Origin: Schmidtea nova
Taxonomy: Eukaryota
Direction of reading: 5' to 3'
DNA: 64,000 bases
Assembly: GCA_044892505.1 (NCBI GenBank)
Contig: CM097882.1
Coordinates: 377,456,001-377,520,000 of the forward strand
The notes below the pieces were generated by a model. It saw only the letters and a list, made by a program, of their open reading frames with translations, was not told the origin of the DNA and ran no database searches. Shown one piece after another: positions 1 to 10,668 of the stretch (its first letter is position 1; each line of letters opens with the position of its first letter). A program made the position numbers and the translations under genes.

Positions 1-23
1 GATTCAAAAAGGTCCTATGTTTA

Positions 24-310
24 TGTTGTGGGTTACAGAAAATGAATAAATCAAAGTTTAAAGTGTAAACACTTATGTGCAAATCGCGTAAAACAAGAAA
101 ATTGAAATAAAGAGCAAAATTAAAAAAATATATATTTTTTTTAAAAATTAATTAAAAATTAATTAAATAATTAATTAAAATTAATTAAAATCAATAAAGG
201 TATGAGCGGGTTGCAAATAAAAGGTTAAAGACGAAAATATTAATTAAAATTTGATGGAGGTCAAAGGAAAATGGATTTCAAAAATTAAAATTAATTAACA
301 ATCTAATTAA
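24..310 (+). repeat. Degenerate 5' part of an LTR (family A; related to 35764-37560, 39132-39873, 51305-52076)
   Basis: Begins TGTTGTGGGTT. Shares TATGTGCAAATC and AATTAATTAAAA blocks with the other copies. Boundaries approximate. Confidence 0.4.
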
Positions 311-1343
311 TTATGCAAAATAATCGGCGATAATATCTACTTCCAAGATGCATTGTAAGCCTTTTGGTATAATGTCAACCAAATTAAACTGATAAATTGA
401 TTAATATTTTTCGGTAATTGTCAGATGAAATTTGAGTTTAGCATAAATACTGATAAGGATCAACAAGCACATTAAAAATTTTTTTTAATCTAATTAGAAT
501 AATTTCGCTAATCGACAGTTTTAGCTGAATAAACGAAATTGTAAATGAAGACAGATCAAAGGTGAAAAAGTTAAATGATTAAATTTCTGAGTTATTAAAA
601 CTATAAAGTCTCACTAATAGATTATATTTTTAATAATTTTCAGTTTTATAGAATTTTTTTTAAATCAATTTAGAATTGATTTTTCCTTTATTTATAGATC
701 ATAATTCAAATCTCACAAATGGAAATTGATTTATTGAGAAATTGATATTTCTGCTCATTTTTATCCGAATCGTTAATTGTTTAAATATATTTACATAATG
801 AATATGTTGATTGATCTCACTTTCATTATTACATTTCACTGAAATAATTTTTTATAATAATTTTGTTGTTTTTTTCATATTATTCTTTATACTGAAAACT
901 TTTTTTCATCATTTTTTAATGTTGATTTTTTTGTGTATTTATTTTAATCTTTATATAAAACTCATTTGAAAAAAATAGTTTTTTTTTAATTCAGTAATAG
1001 ATTTATTTCGAATTAAGTAATTTTAATACTTCTAGCCCAAGGGTCATCAAACTACGGCCCGCAAAGGTTTTTTTTTCCGGTCCGTTCTTTTTGAATTCAA
1101 TGAATAATTTTTTCAAAGTAAAAATTTTAATTTGTAAAATGAGTTTTTTAATCAAAAGATTAAACGCTTAAAACCGATCAAAACTTTGTAAATTTTATTA
1201 TAAATTCAAACGACAAATTTCAAACCCGATATTCAAAAAACGTTACCTCACAAATACAAGCGCTTTCTTTACACTTAATGGATTTTTCCGAATAAAGTAT
1301 TTTATTAATATCCATATTTTTATTTTTATACAAAGTTATCGTA

Positions 1344-2511
1344 AGTAGTAGGAAGTGAGCCCGCCAGATATAGGTCAAGACCCCCCCCCTAGAAAAAAAT
1401 TTTTTATGTGGGTCAAATTTTATGTAGGTCAATTTAAGGTCAAATTTTTTGCTTAAGGACACTTTAAGGACACTTTAAGGTCAAATTTTTCGCTCAAGGT
1501 CACTTTGAGGACACTTTAAGGTCAAAAAAGTAGGTCAAGGTCGTTTTAAGGACACTTTAAGGTGAATTTAAGGTCAAATTTATGGTTTAAGGACACTTTA
1601 AGGACAAAAAAGTAGGTCAAGGTCGTTTTAAGGACACTATAAGGTCAAAAAGAATGTCAATTTAAGGTCACGATAAGGACAAATTAAGTAGGTCAAATAT
1701 TTTTAAGGTGAATTTAAGGTTAAAATAAGTAGGTCAAATATAATTTTCAAATTTTTTCTATGTCAGAAAAAAGTAGGTCAAATATTTTTAAGTTGCTATG
1801 ACAACGAATAAGTAGGTCAACTTAATTTTTTCAAAATTTGATAGTTGCTATGACAACGAATTAAGTAGGTCAATAATAATTTTAAAAATTTTTCTATGTC
1901 CGAAAAAAGTAGGTCAAATATAAAAAACTTGAAAATTTTTCTATGTCAGAAATAAGTAGGTCAACTTTATTTTTTCAAAAATTTTTCTATGTCAGAAAAA
2001 AGTAGGTCAACTTTATTTTTCTTAAAATTTTTCTATGTCAGAAAAAAGTAGGTCACGAAAAATTTTCTATTTCAGAAAAAAGTGGGTCAACTTTATTTTT
2101 CTCAAAAATATTTCTATGTCAGAAATAAGTAGGTCAACTTTATTTTTATAAAAATTTTCCTATGTCAGAATTAAGTAGGTCAAATATAAAATTATTCAAA
2201 GTTATAATATATTTAAAATATTTTCTATGTCGGAATTAAGTAGGTCAATTTAAGGTCAATGTGAGGACGAATTAAGTAGGTCAATTTAAGGTCAATGTGA
2301 GGACAAATTAAGTAGGTCAATAATAATAATAATTTCTAAAAATTTTTCTATGTAAAAATTAAGTAGGTTAATAATAAATTTCGAAATTTTTCAAAGTCAG
2401 AATTAAGGGTACATTCAGGGTACTATAAGGTCAACAAAGTAGGTAAAATATATTTTTTCTGTCAGAAAAAAGTAGGTCACGAACAATTTTTCTATGTCAG
2501 AAATAAGTAGG
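1344..2511 (+). repeat. Left TIR of the Polinton (>=1168 bp), built of ~40-50 bp subrepeats containing AAGTAGGTCA
   Basis: Reverse complement of 16753-18059 apart from a few substitutions and a 139-bp indel. Confidence 0.97.
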
Positions 2512-2528
2512 TCAACTAGAAAAACTTT

Positions 2529-2530
<2 letters not shown>

Positions 2531-2615
<85 letters not shown>
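2531..2615 (+). repeat. (AAT)n microsatellite just inside the left TIR
   Basis: About 28 perfect AAT units. Confidence 0.98.
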
Positions 2616-2619
<4 letters not shown>

Positions 2620-2798
2620 CTTATAAAAACTTAAAAAATAATACCAAACGATTATGAATTGAAAAATGATACTAGTCCCTATATAAAAACATTTAGTATT
2701 TACACAGGTTCCTATATAAAACAAACAAACAATAAAAAACTTTAAAAATAACCAAATATTTAAAAATATAAATCTTTTATTTTTGTAAAACTCTATTG

Positions 2799-5700
2799 TC
2801 ACCATGAATCTTGTTCCATCTGTATTGATTGAGGATCTGGCATTTCTTCGGGTGGATTATATTCGCCATCAGTCCAGGCATTGACTCCTAAATGATGCCC
2901 AAATGCAAGACTTTCATTCCTCCCAATGGCGCTTATCGTCGTTATTAGTAAGAGCAATCTTATTATTTTTAATCGTAAAGAGCTGGTGATTCTTAGTCCC
3001 TATACGAGTTTGTGGTACAGTGAAAATCCGGTCATTAAGATAACAATCAATATAAGATTGATGATTGATGTTAGTGCCTTTAAGTTGAATCCCCTTGGCT
3101 TTATTTAATTCAACATCACCAAGAAGGCTATAACATTTCGGGCGTAAGAAAACCCATTCCTTATATTCATTACCCTTACTTTCATCTTTAAATTTACCTA
3201 TAACCGAGTCAAGATGTCGTGAATATAAGGGATGGTCGCGATCATAGTTAGATGTATCTAAAAGACAATCTGAAATCATAGCCGGTAAAAGTGTGGTAAG
3301 TTTACAGTTTTTAACCTCAAGAAAGAACGAGTCAGTGTCGCCAGCAACAATGCCTATAGTACAATCAAAGAGATCCCTATATTTCTGCAATTCAATATAT
3401 TGCAGCTGATACATCCGCAGTTTAGATAGATCTAGTACCGTTTGACCGATATAACTAGGTCTATCTAAACATATTAAATCTTTATTCAGATGTGCTGCAA
3501 TCAGATCGTCATCAATTTTGATGGACTTTCTGAAAGACGGCTTTGAAGAATATATAATCATCTTTTCAGATGAATTACATAATCTCAAATTCATCCGTTT
3601 TTTCAGATTTTCGACGGATTTACCATATAGGCTGTTATTCAAAAGCTTAAAGTAATTTTTGTCAAGTTCATTACTCGAGTTTGCTCTAAACTCAGTATTA
3701 GCGTCGATATAATCCTTAAAGATTTTAGATTGTTTAAATCTAATTGCTCTATGAATTTTAGAAATTTTAGCCCCAAGAGACACAAACATCTTGAGAAGTC
3801 TCCAATGTATAACATAGTTATACTTCGGATAATGCGTGAGCATTACCTTCTCAACTTTCGAGAATGGTGGGTGCATCTTTTCCGGAGCAAGAGGAAAATC
3901 ATCCAAAAACACATGCAAGTTTTCAGGAATATTAATGTCAACTTCCATAGTGTAACCATATGAAAGATCATCAATATCCGTCGACATGCACTCAGTCAAA
4001 ATATCTTCAAGATTGTTATGCACCCACCTGAAATCACCGAAAGGAAGACTTTGGCTAAGAGCCCAACCATATAGATTATTGATATCTATATATAAAAGTT
4101 CAGTATCATCTGACGCTTTAACGTAATGTTTATTGACAAATGTCAATCCACCCCGTATTCCTCCTTCGTAGAAATTATACATTTCCATATCCTAAAGAAG
4201 TTCTATAGGTTCCTTTAATGTCATGAGCGCTGAAGCCCATGACATACAGGGAATTCCATAAAAATTCAAAGGATCTAAGCCTTTGTGTGCAATAGACTTA
4301 GCTCGGAATTGTTGGAAAAAATCTGCGAGGAGAAATACGTCTAATTTTAGGTAGACCATCATGTAGTCAAGTAAATTTCTACAGTTATTTTCGCGCCAGA
4401 TTTCTTGAGCTTTTATATATTGAGTCTCAGTTACTTCCTCCCAAATTGGTGGCAACTCAAAAGTATTCTCTAAAATCTCAAGACTGGTAGCAAAATTAAA
4501 TGGAAAAATGCCCTTACAATTCATGATAGAGCCAGTGAAAACGGATGATGTAAGAGGAAAAACGGACAGCGTTTTTACTGCTTTATCCAAGGAAGCTGTT
4601 ACAAATTGATAACTATCAATAAACCTAACAGCAAGTTTATTAATATTAGCTATAAGAGAAATAAATTTCTCTGTCGTTGTTGGAATAATATCTAATTCCC
4701 ATAAGGGGAAATCAGACAAACCATACTTCAAAATATGATGTAGGTCATAACCTCTCAAATTATGAAAGATTACAGGCAAATGTTTACGAAGTCGTCTAGT
4801 ATTATTGCAGATTTTACATGCTGCCCCAAGATATCTACCAGAAAAGTGATCAAAAGCCCTAATTCGATTCCTAATGGGTTTCTTACAAAGAAAACAATTC
4901 AAGCAAGATCGAAAAGATTGTTCCTCAGAAAAAGATAATGTCTGCAACGGAGCATTTCCATGAATGTCGTAATAAGGCAGGACAATTTTGACAGCAATTT
5001 CCTCCACTTTCTTTAAAAATTGAATTACGCATTCAATACAGATAAATTCGAAATATGATTTTGTATTATTTAAATTATTTAAAAGTAATAATCCTGCTGA
5101 TACCGGCAAATGTTTTTGGTGATAACGGTCATCAATTGGTAAAATTGACTCGAAGTCGCCATATATTACAAATGGTGGGGTTACAGTTTTCGAAAAATCC
5201 CCAAATTCTAGATTTTTATTTTTAGGTAAACTATAAAGGGTAGTTCCTATTTGATTCTTCCTACATAAATTAAAATGCTTGTCAAAGGTTTCCTGACTAC
5301 GGAAACCATTTAAACATCTAGGACACCATAAAGATTGAATCCTACTGTTAATTAAATTATTTTTATGACAGTTCATTAACCTTTGTAGATTAATGACTGC
5401 CGTATAATGATAAATGCCCTCATTTTCTAATAATAAAAGATAAATGGGGTTATAATTATTTAATTTTGTTCGATGTATTATTTCCAAGTGGGGATGATGA
5501 GGAACATAGTCATCATCTTCCACATCAATATCATTATTATGAATTACTTTAGGGTTGTATGACAACACATTAATGGCTAAGCCTGGGTTATTATGCTCAA
5601 ATTTTGGGATGTTACATAGTTGCATGGGGCAGTCCTCTATAGGGTCAAAAACTAAATCGTTTAAAAAAGGAATATAACTTGAAGTTACACAATGATTATT

Positions 5701-6633
5701 TGTGATGGATTCATGTTTCAAAATAGCCAAAACACTATATATAAAACATAACTCGTCCGAGTTTTCTACATTTATAATAGCCCTTTTATTTAATAACGGT
5801 TTTGGGGTTTTAAAATGTCCATGTCCAGATAATCGACTCATGGTGGAATACTTTGTTAAAATAAAATGGATTTCCCGTATTTTGTTTACAATCCAGCCGC
5901 TACCCATCTGTGTGAAATTTTCAATTTTATTGTTTAATTTCCTAATACCCTCTATTAAAAAATTATCTGAAAAAATTTCTGCATTATTAGATAAAAACTC
6001 ATTTTTTAACACCCCATCTTTTTCAAACTGTATATTAAGCGCGAATTGAATTTTTACATTCCCCATTTTTCGTATTTCTTTATTTAACCGTTCAGAAATT
6101 TTTTCTGTTACAGCAATTTGATTTATATTATGGGACTCAACGTTAAAAGTTAATGATCGTCGAGATCCTTTTAAATCTTTTTCGATTACAGGCTCATCAT
6201 TTATATTAATTGAACCCCCTATTTGATTATTTATAACAATTTCATCGTCGTCGCTTAAAATAATTATTTCAGGTTTATTTTTCTTGGGGGCAATAAATTT
6301 TATGGTATCAGCAGGCCGTTTTTTGATATTTTTAATTTTATTATTTTGATTAATTATTTCTATATTAGTAGTATTTAATAAGTTATTTAGTAATTTATTA
6401 TTTAAACGAGTTGAAGACTTAGTCAAGTCAACTTTAACAGATTTTTTCAAAGAAGAGATGTTTGAAGTCTCAGAATTAAGCTTAAAAATTAATTTTTTAG
6501 ATTTAAAAAATTGCGAAAGATGAACGTGATGTTGAGCATAAAAATCAGAATAGGAGATGGGTTGGGAAGTCTCGCATTTAGGGCAAATATAAAAGACAAT
6601 GCCATTGAACTTATAACGATAATAAATTGTCAT
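2799..6633 (-). pseudogene. Protein-primed family B DNA polymerase (pPolB) with N-terminal terminal-protein/vOTU region; one nonsense codon and one frameshift
   Basis: ORFs 4192-6633 and 2914-4188 are in the same frame, separated by TAG (4192-4194) plus GAT. Motifs: GSGW, DELCF...YHY, YGDFES (ExoI), FHNLRGYD (ExoII), GGIRGG, YIDINNLYG, KLLNNSLYGK, AGDTDS. The conserved terminal SLAFGH motif lies in another frame after ~2918 and ends at TGA 2799-2801. Confidence 0.96.
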
Positions 6634-7230
6634 AAGTTGATGACATTGTAGACCGTGTTTGCCCGATGAGTGGCAATAATTATCATATAAAGAGCCTGAA
6701 TGTACAAGGCAAATTTAAAATAATATAAAATAATAATATAAAAAATCGATATAAAATTATATAAATTATTCTTAATATTTGAAGAATTATTATAGTAACC
6801 TATTTACTATAATAAATCGACAAATATTTAAAATAATTTATTATTATTATTATTAAAGTTTTCTAAAATAAACAGAGAAAGATTAAGGTAAATATTATTA
6901 TTATCAATCACAAACATTAAAATAAAATAGTATTTTTCTTACTATATGATTAAATATTGAAATTTATATTATTAAAAAGTATTTAAATTATTATTAATTA
7001 GAATAATATTTTAAATAAATAATTTTAATATAAATTACAATATGTTTAATTTCTAAATTTTTTAAATATGTTTAATTTCTAAATTTTTTAAATATTGTAT
7101 TTATAATATTATTATTAAAATTTAATATTTTTGTATTTATTCAAAAAGTATTTATTCAAATAATGTAAAAAATATATTAAAAATGTTTATAATTTAAATA
7201 TAAATTTTAAACAATTTAACAAATACTTAC

Positions 7231-7778
7231 ATTTTAGCGAGTCATTTATTTCGCTCAAATTTTCATCAGACATTAAAATATCATCACTGGCATGGATTTC
7301 ATCTGATTCTCTTTCTTTATGAATTTTCTCAGGCATATTGTTTGAATCGATATTCGATAACGTGATTGAAGTTATCTCCATTGATGTATTGGACGAATCT
7401 CCATGTTTATTATATACAATTTCTAAATTAAAATATATTACAACATAATAAATATAAAACAATTATTTACCACTAGTCAATGATTCATCAATATCTGTGG
7501 GAAAAATTCGTCCACGAAGATTATGATCAAAAGATCTCAATAAATTAGAATTAACAGTTCTTATTTCTAAAAAATATATTATGAAAAAATATATTGTAAT
7601 AATAATAATATACCATTTTGCCCTAAAACAATATTTGCTGGGGCTTCATACTTCAACTTGGAACCATTCGAAGCTACTGAAAATTGAAATAATATAAAGA
7701 TAATATATTAAAATAAAAAATAAAATTACCCATGGCGGCGACATTCTTCTTAGTCATATTTTTTATATTATTCATCAT
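7231..7778 (-). CDS. Four small coding exons (7778-7730, 7676-7614, 7566-7471, 7422-7231), probably the 5' exons of pPolB
   Basis: GT-AG introns of 53, 47 and 48 nt, all phase 1, give a stop-free frame. The GTAAGT donor at 7230 matches in phase an acceptor at 6696 that opens into the pPolB frame. Confidence 0.7.
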
Positions 7779-7879
7779 ATTGATTAAATTAAATTGAATG
7801 AAATCGTAAAATTGGTTGTTAAAAAGTGATGAAAAATGAAAATATAGTGTATATATCTAAAATATTTCAACGGTTATTA

Positions 7880-8053
7880 ACCGACCAATCAAATCTGTTT
7901 TAGGTGAGAGAAATATACGCACACATATATTTCTTTATGGTTATTACACTGACGTGTTTATAATATTAGTATGTGTGTCAATATAACATATGATGTCATG
8001 TCAGTTTCCATGTGAATTCATAAAGACATGTGAGTTCATGACCTCTGACGTCA
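7880..8053. promoter_or_regulatory. Putative promoter upstream of the spliced pPolB unit (CCAAT box, CRE/ATF palindrome)
   Basis: GACCAATC near 7883-7890 and TGACGTCA at 8046-8053, in the only sizeable intergenic gap. Confidence 0.35.
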
Positions 8054-8201
8054 TTGTCGACTTTATCTAATCTTTGTTAACTTTGTTAGTTAGCAAATAA
8101 TAATATTAATTAAATAATAATAGTTATTAAATAATAATAAAAGACATTAATACAATGAAATAAATTTATTAAATAATAAAAGACATTAATAATTAATACA
8201 T

Positions 8202-8588
8202 TTATTCTTTTAAATAATCAATAGCGCCGACCAAACATCCTTTATAGGCACATATATTGTGATCTCGATATGGACAAGAAATATTATCAGGAACTGCATC
8301 AATTTCTTTTAAATTATATTTGATTAATCTCAAAGTGGGAAAATATTTCTTCAAAGCAATAAGTTTATCCATATCCATGACATAGAAAATAGCACTAGTA
8401 TCTTCAATATCTTTCATAATACATGTTGGACAAAAGTAATCTTCCTCCTCATACCACTCACTACAAACTTTATTATATATGTAATATTTAGGTCTAAAAA
8501 TATTATTAACGTTTATAATACATAATTCATTAATAATTAATCTTCCATTATCGTAAATTCCTATAAAATCAATAAAATAACAAGTCAT
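8202..8588 (-). CDS. Polinton accessory protein, probable degenerate DEDD/RNase H-fold exonuclease-like with a C-terminal Cys/His motif
   Basis: MTCYFIDFIG...LIINELCII N-terminus and SCPYRDHNICAYKGC C-terminus resemble a recurrent Polinton ORF recalled from memory. The likely start is ATG 8588, not 8669. Confidence 0.5.
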   Translation of the reverse strand: MTCYFIDFIGIYDNGRLIINELCIINVNNIFRPKYYIYNKVCSEWYEEEDYFCPTCIMKDIEDTSAIFYVMDMDKLIALKKYFPTLRLIKYNLKEIDAVPDNISCPYRDHNICAYKGCLVGAIDYLKE

Positions 8589-8620
8589 TTTTATACTAAA
8601 TTTTATTTTTATTAAATTGT

Positions 8621-8950
8621 TTATACATTTAACATGGATAATAACCATGCAAGACAATGTTGACCACAAGTAATTGTTAATGGATGTTGATATCGAATTC
8701 TATTGTATACAATGGGTTTACCCAAAGTTTGCAATTTACTAACTAATAAATTGGGATAATAACATCCAAATGGATCAAATGCATATATTCGATCTGGTTT
8801 AACGTAAACAGCAATCCAATGTTCACCACCTAAAGTAGACGTCTGAGTATTTACGATGATAGCTTGATTAACATCCAGATAAGGAATTTTATCTAAGGGA
8901 TAAACTCCAATAAATTGATTTCCCAATAGTTTTTTGCCAAGTCTATATAC
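8621..8950 (-). CDS. Adenain-like cysteine (maturation) protease, Polinton PRO; start codon probably on an upstream exon
   Basis: FIGVYP, IVNTQ...GEHW, AFDPFG, Q...CGQHC (His/Asp/Cys triad). No in-frame ATG. TTCAG acceptor at 8951. Confidence 0.92.
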   Translation of the reverse strand, partial: VYRLGKKLLGNQFIGVYPLDKIPYLDVNQAIIVNTQTSTLGGEHWIAVYVKPDRIYAFDPFGCYYPNLLVSKLQTLGKPIVYNRIRYQHPLTITCGQHCLAWLLSMLNV

Positions 8951-9085
8951 CTGAATAGAACTAATTTAATTAATTATTTTTACAAATTAAAATCTTACTC
9001 CATGATAATTTTACTATAGTGATTTGGTTCATTTATACTATAAGAGTTCAAACCAGTACTCAAACTAATAATGTTTGAGCTCTGC

Positions 9086-10306
9086 TCAAACCAATACTGT
9101 TCGATTTGCAGTAATTTGGATTTCATTTGCAAAAACTCCATATATTATTACATGAATCGGTTCCTCAATGGCTTTACCAAATTTGATATCTAATCGTAAA
9201 TTTCTATTTTGAGGGATTTGACTTTGATTCAAATCGAAATCAGGAGCAAGAACAAACGTAAAGAATGGATATTTTGCTTTAAATTCATCTAGACTTATGC
9301 CACAATTCAAGTTTTTATCCAAATATCCTAAATTCCAGACAAGACTTTGCATATATGTGGCACTAAAATTATCATTTTCAAAATCTTGATTATAAGTTTC
9401 CCGATAATCAGTATTTTTTGACAGAGATAATGAAGTTACATTGAAATGTTTGAATGTCGATGAAGAAGCAGAATAAGATCCATTATATTGATTTTCGGTT
9501 TGAAAAGCTACAAGAATGAAATTAGGCATTCTTCTATCTCCAAATATTTGCTCCTTGTAAAATGATGATGCCCCTTTACCGATTGCAAAAGATACAATTT
9601 CTTTAGATTTTATCGGATAAATTGCATGTTTGTTATTTAATCCAATTTGATGTCCAGCTAATACTGAAGATTCACATCGAACTCTTCGAACCATAAATTT
9701 TGCATCTACTATTTGTATTATTGGTTTCCCAGCTGTAGATGTCAATGATAATGCAGAATCAGATCGCTTCAATCTAATATGCACATTTACTCCAGGAAGT
9801 AAATATTTAGGTTGATCCAAAAAATCTAGTTGTAATGATGAACACATGTTGAAAAGTTTCGATCCTTTAATCCACTTTTTTCTATCGTCAGATGCGCCGT
9901 ATCCCATTGGAGTAAGACAAGTTTCTTTTGCATCACTAGTATAATTTAAAATAGTTTCAATTATTGCCTTGTGCGCATATGTATTGTTTCCACCTTCAAC
10001 TTTTATATTATTAAATCCAAGAATTGCATCTTTGAAAAGTGTATGAAACAAGTAATTATTAGGTACTACATCACTAGCATCAGCTAATTGTTTTTTATCT
10101 TTATCTACAACTTTGATAGTAACGGATAATAAAGTATCGTTCAAATCTAAATATTCGGTTTGAGAACCGTTAATGTAAAATTCCACATCATTTCTACTAT
10201 CTGTAATGGAATTCATTGGAAACACATCTTCAAACACCCCATATTCAATAACTGCTTGAGGAGATGGTCGATCAAAAAGACATAATTCAGATTTACCGCA
10301 AATCAT
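9086..10306 (-). CDS. Double jelly-roll major capsid protein (Polinton PY/MCP), 406 aa, intact
   Basis: KSELCLF, VEFYING...YLDLNDTLL, HIRLKRS, MPNFILVAF, LRLDIKF motifs typical of Polinton MCP. Confidence 0.93.
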   Translation of the reverse strand: MICGKSELCLFDRPSPQAVIEYGVFEDVFPMNSITDSRNDVEFYINGSQTEYLDLNDTLLSVTIKVVDKDKKQLADASDVVPNNYLFHTLFKDAILGFNNIKVEGGNNTYAHKAIIETILNYTSDAKETCLTPMGYGASDDRKKWIKGSKLFNMCSSLQLDFLDQPKYLLPGVNVHIRLKRSDSALSLTSTAGKPIIQIVDAKFMVRRVRCESSVLAGHQIGLNNKHAIYPIKSKEIVSFAIGKGASSFYKEQIFGDRRMPNFILVAFQTENQYNGSYSASSSTFKHFNVTSLSLSKNTDYRETYNQDFENDNFSATYMQSLVWNLGYLDKNLNCGISLDEFKAKYPFFTFVLAPDFDLNQSQIPQNRNLRLDIKFGKAIEEPIHVIIYGVFANEIQITANRTVLV

Positions 10307-10668
10307 TCTTCAAATATAGTTCCATGTCCTTTCATTCGATTGTTTATACGCTTTCTACCTTTTTTACTTCTTGGTTCTAATGTTTCAGGTTCTGGTTCAT
10401 TTTTTGTAAACATATTTGTAATTGAAGGAATCGCCTTTGATACAGCATCCATAGCATTCGTTTTCAATGAAGGCAATATTTTCTGATCTTTCATGATAAC
10501 ATCTCTAGCCGTTTTCATTCCAAAACTGCCTAGTCGCTTAAGTATTGGAAGTGCAAATCTACCAATAGTTTTCAACCAACCTGATCCATACTGTTTACCT
10601 ACAAAATAAGGTAATTCGCCACCGGTTTGGCTATTACTGTACAATGAAATTATATCGGGATTACTCAT
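10303..10668 (-). CDS. Small virion core-like protein (QTGG / QYGSG motifs, amphipathic helix, basic tail)
   Basis: QTGGELPYFVGKQYGSGWLKTIGRFALPILKRLG matches a conserved Polinton small ORF. Its stop overlaps the MCP ATG. Confidence 0.7.
   Translation of the reverse strand: MSNPDIISLYSNSQTGGELPYFVGKQYGSGWLKTIGRFALPILKRLGSFGMKTARDVIMKDQKILPSLKTNAMDAVSKAIPSITNMFTKNEPEPETLEPRSKKGRKRINNRMKGHGTIFEE

Noticed and set aside
1344-2511. CRISPR-like array (also the 21-bp and 32-bp repeats)
   Set aside because: Eukaryotic context, no cas genes, and the intervening sequences are related to each other rather than unique spacers.
2512-2805. 97-aa ORF with poly-Leu
   Set aside because: Translation of the (AAT)n microsatellite on the minus strand.
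7730-7739. Perfect vertebrate Kozak GCCGCCATGG at the end of exon 1
   Set aside because: Single occurrence in an AT-rich host; cannot be distinguished from chance, and an upstream AATATG start exists.
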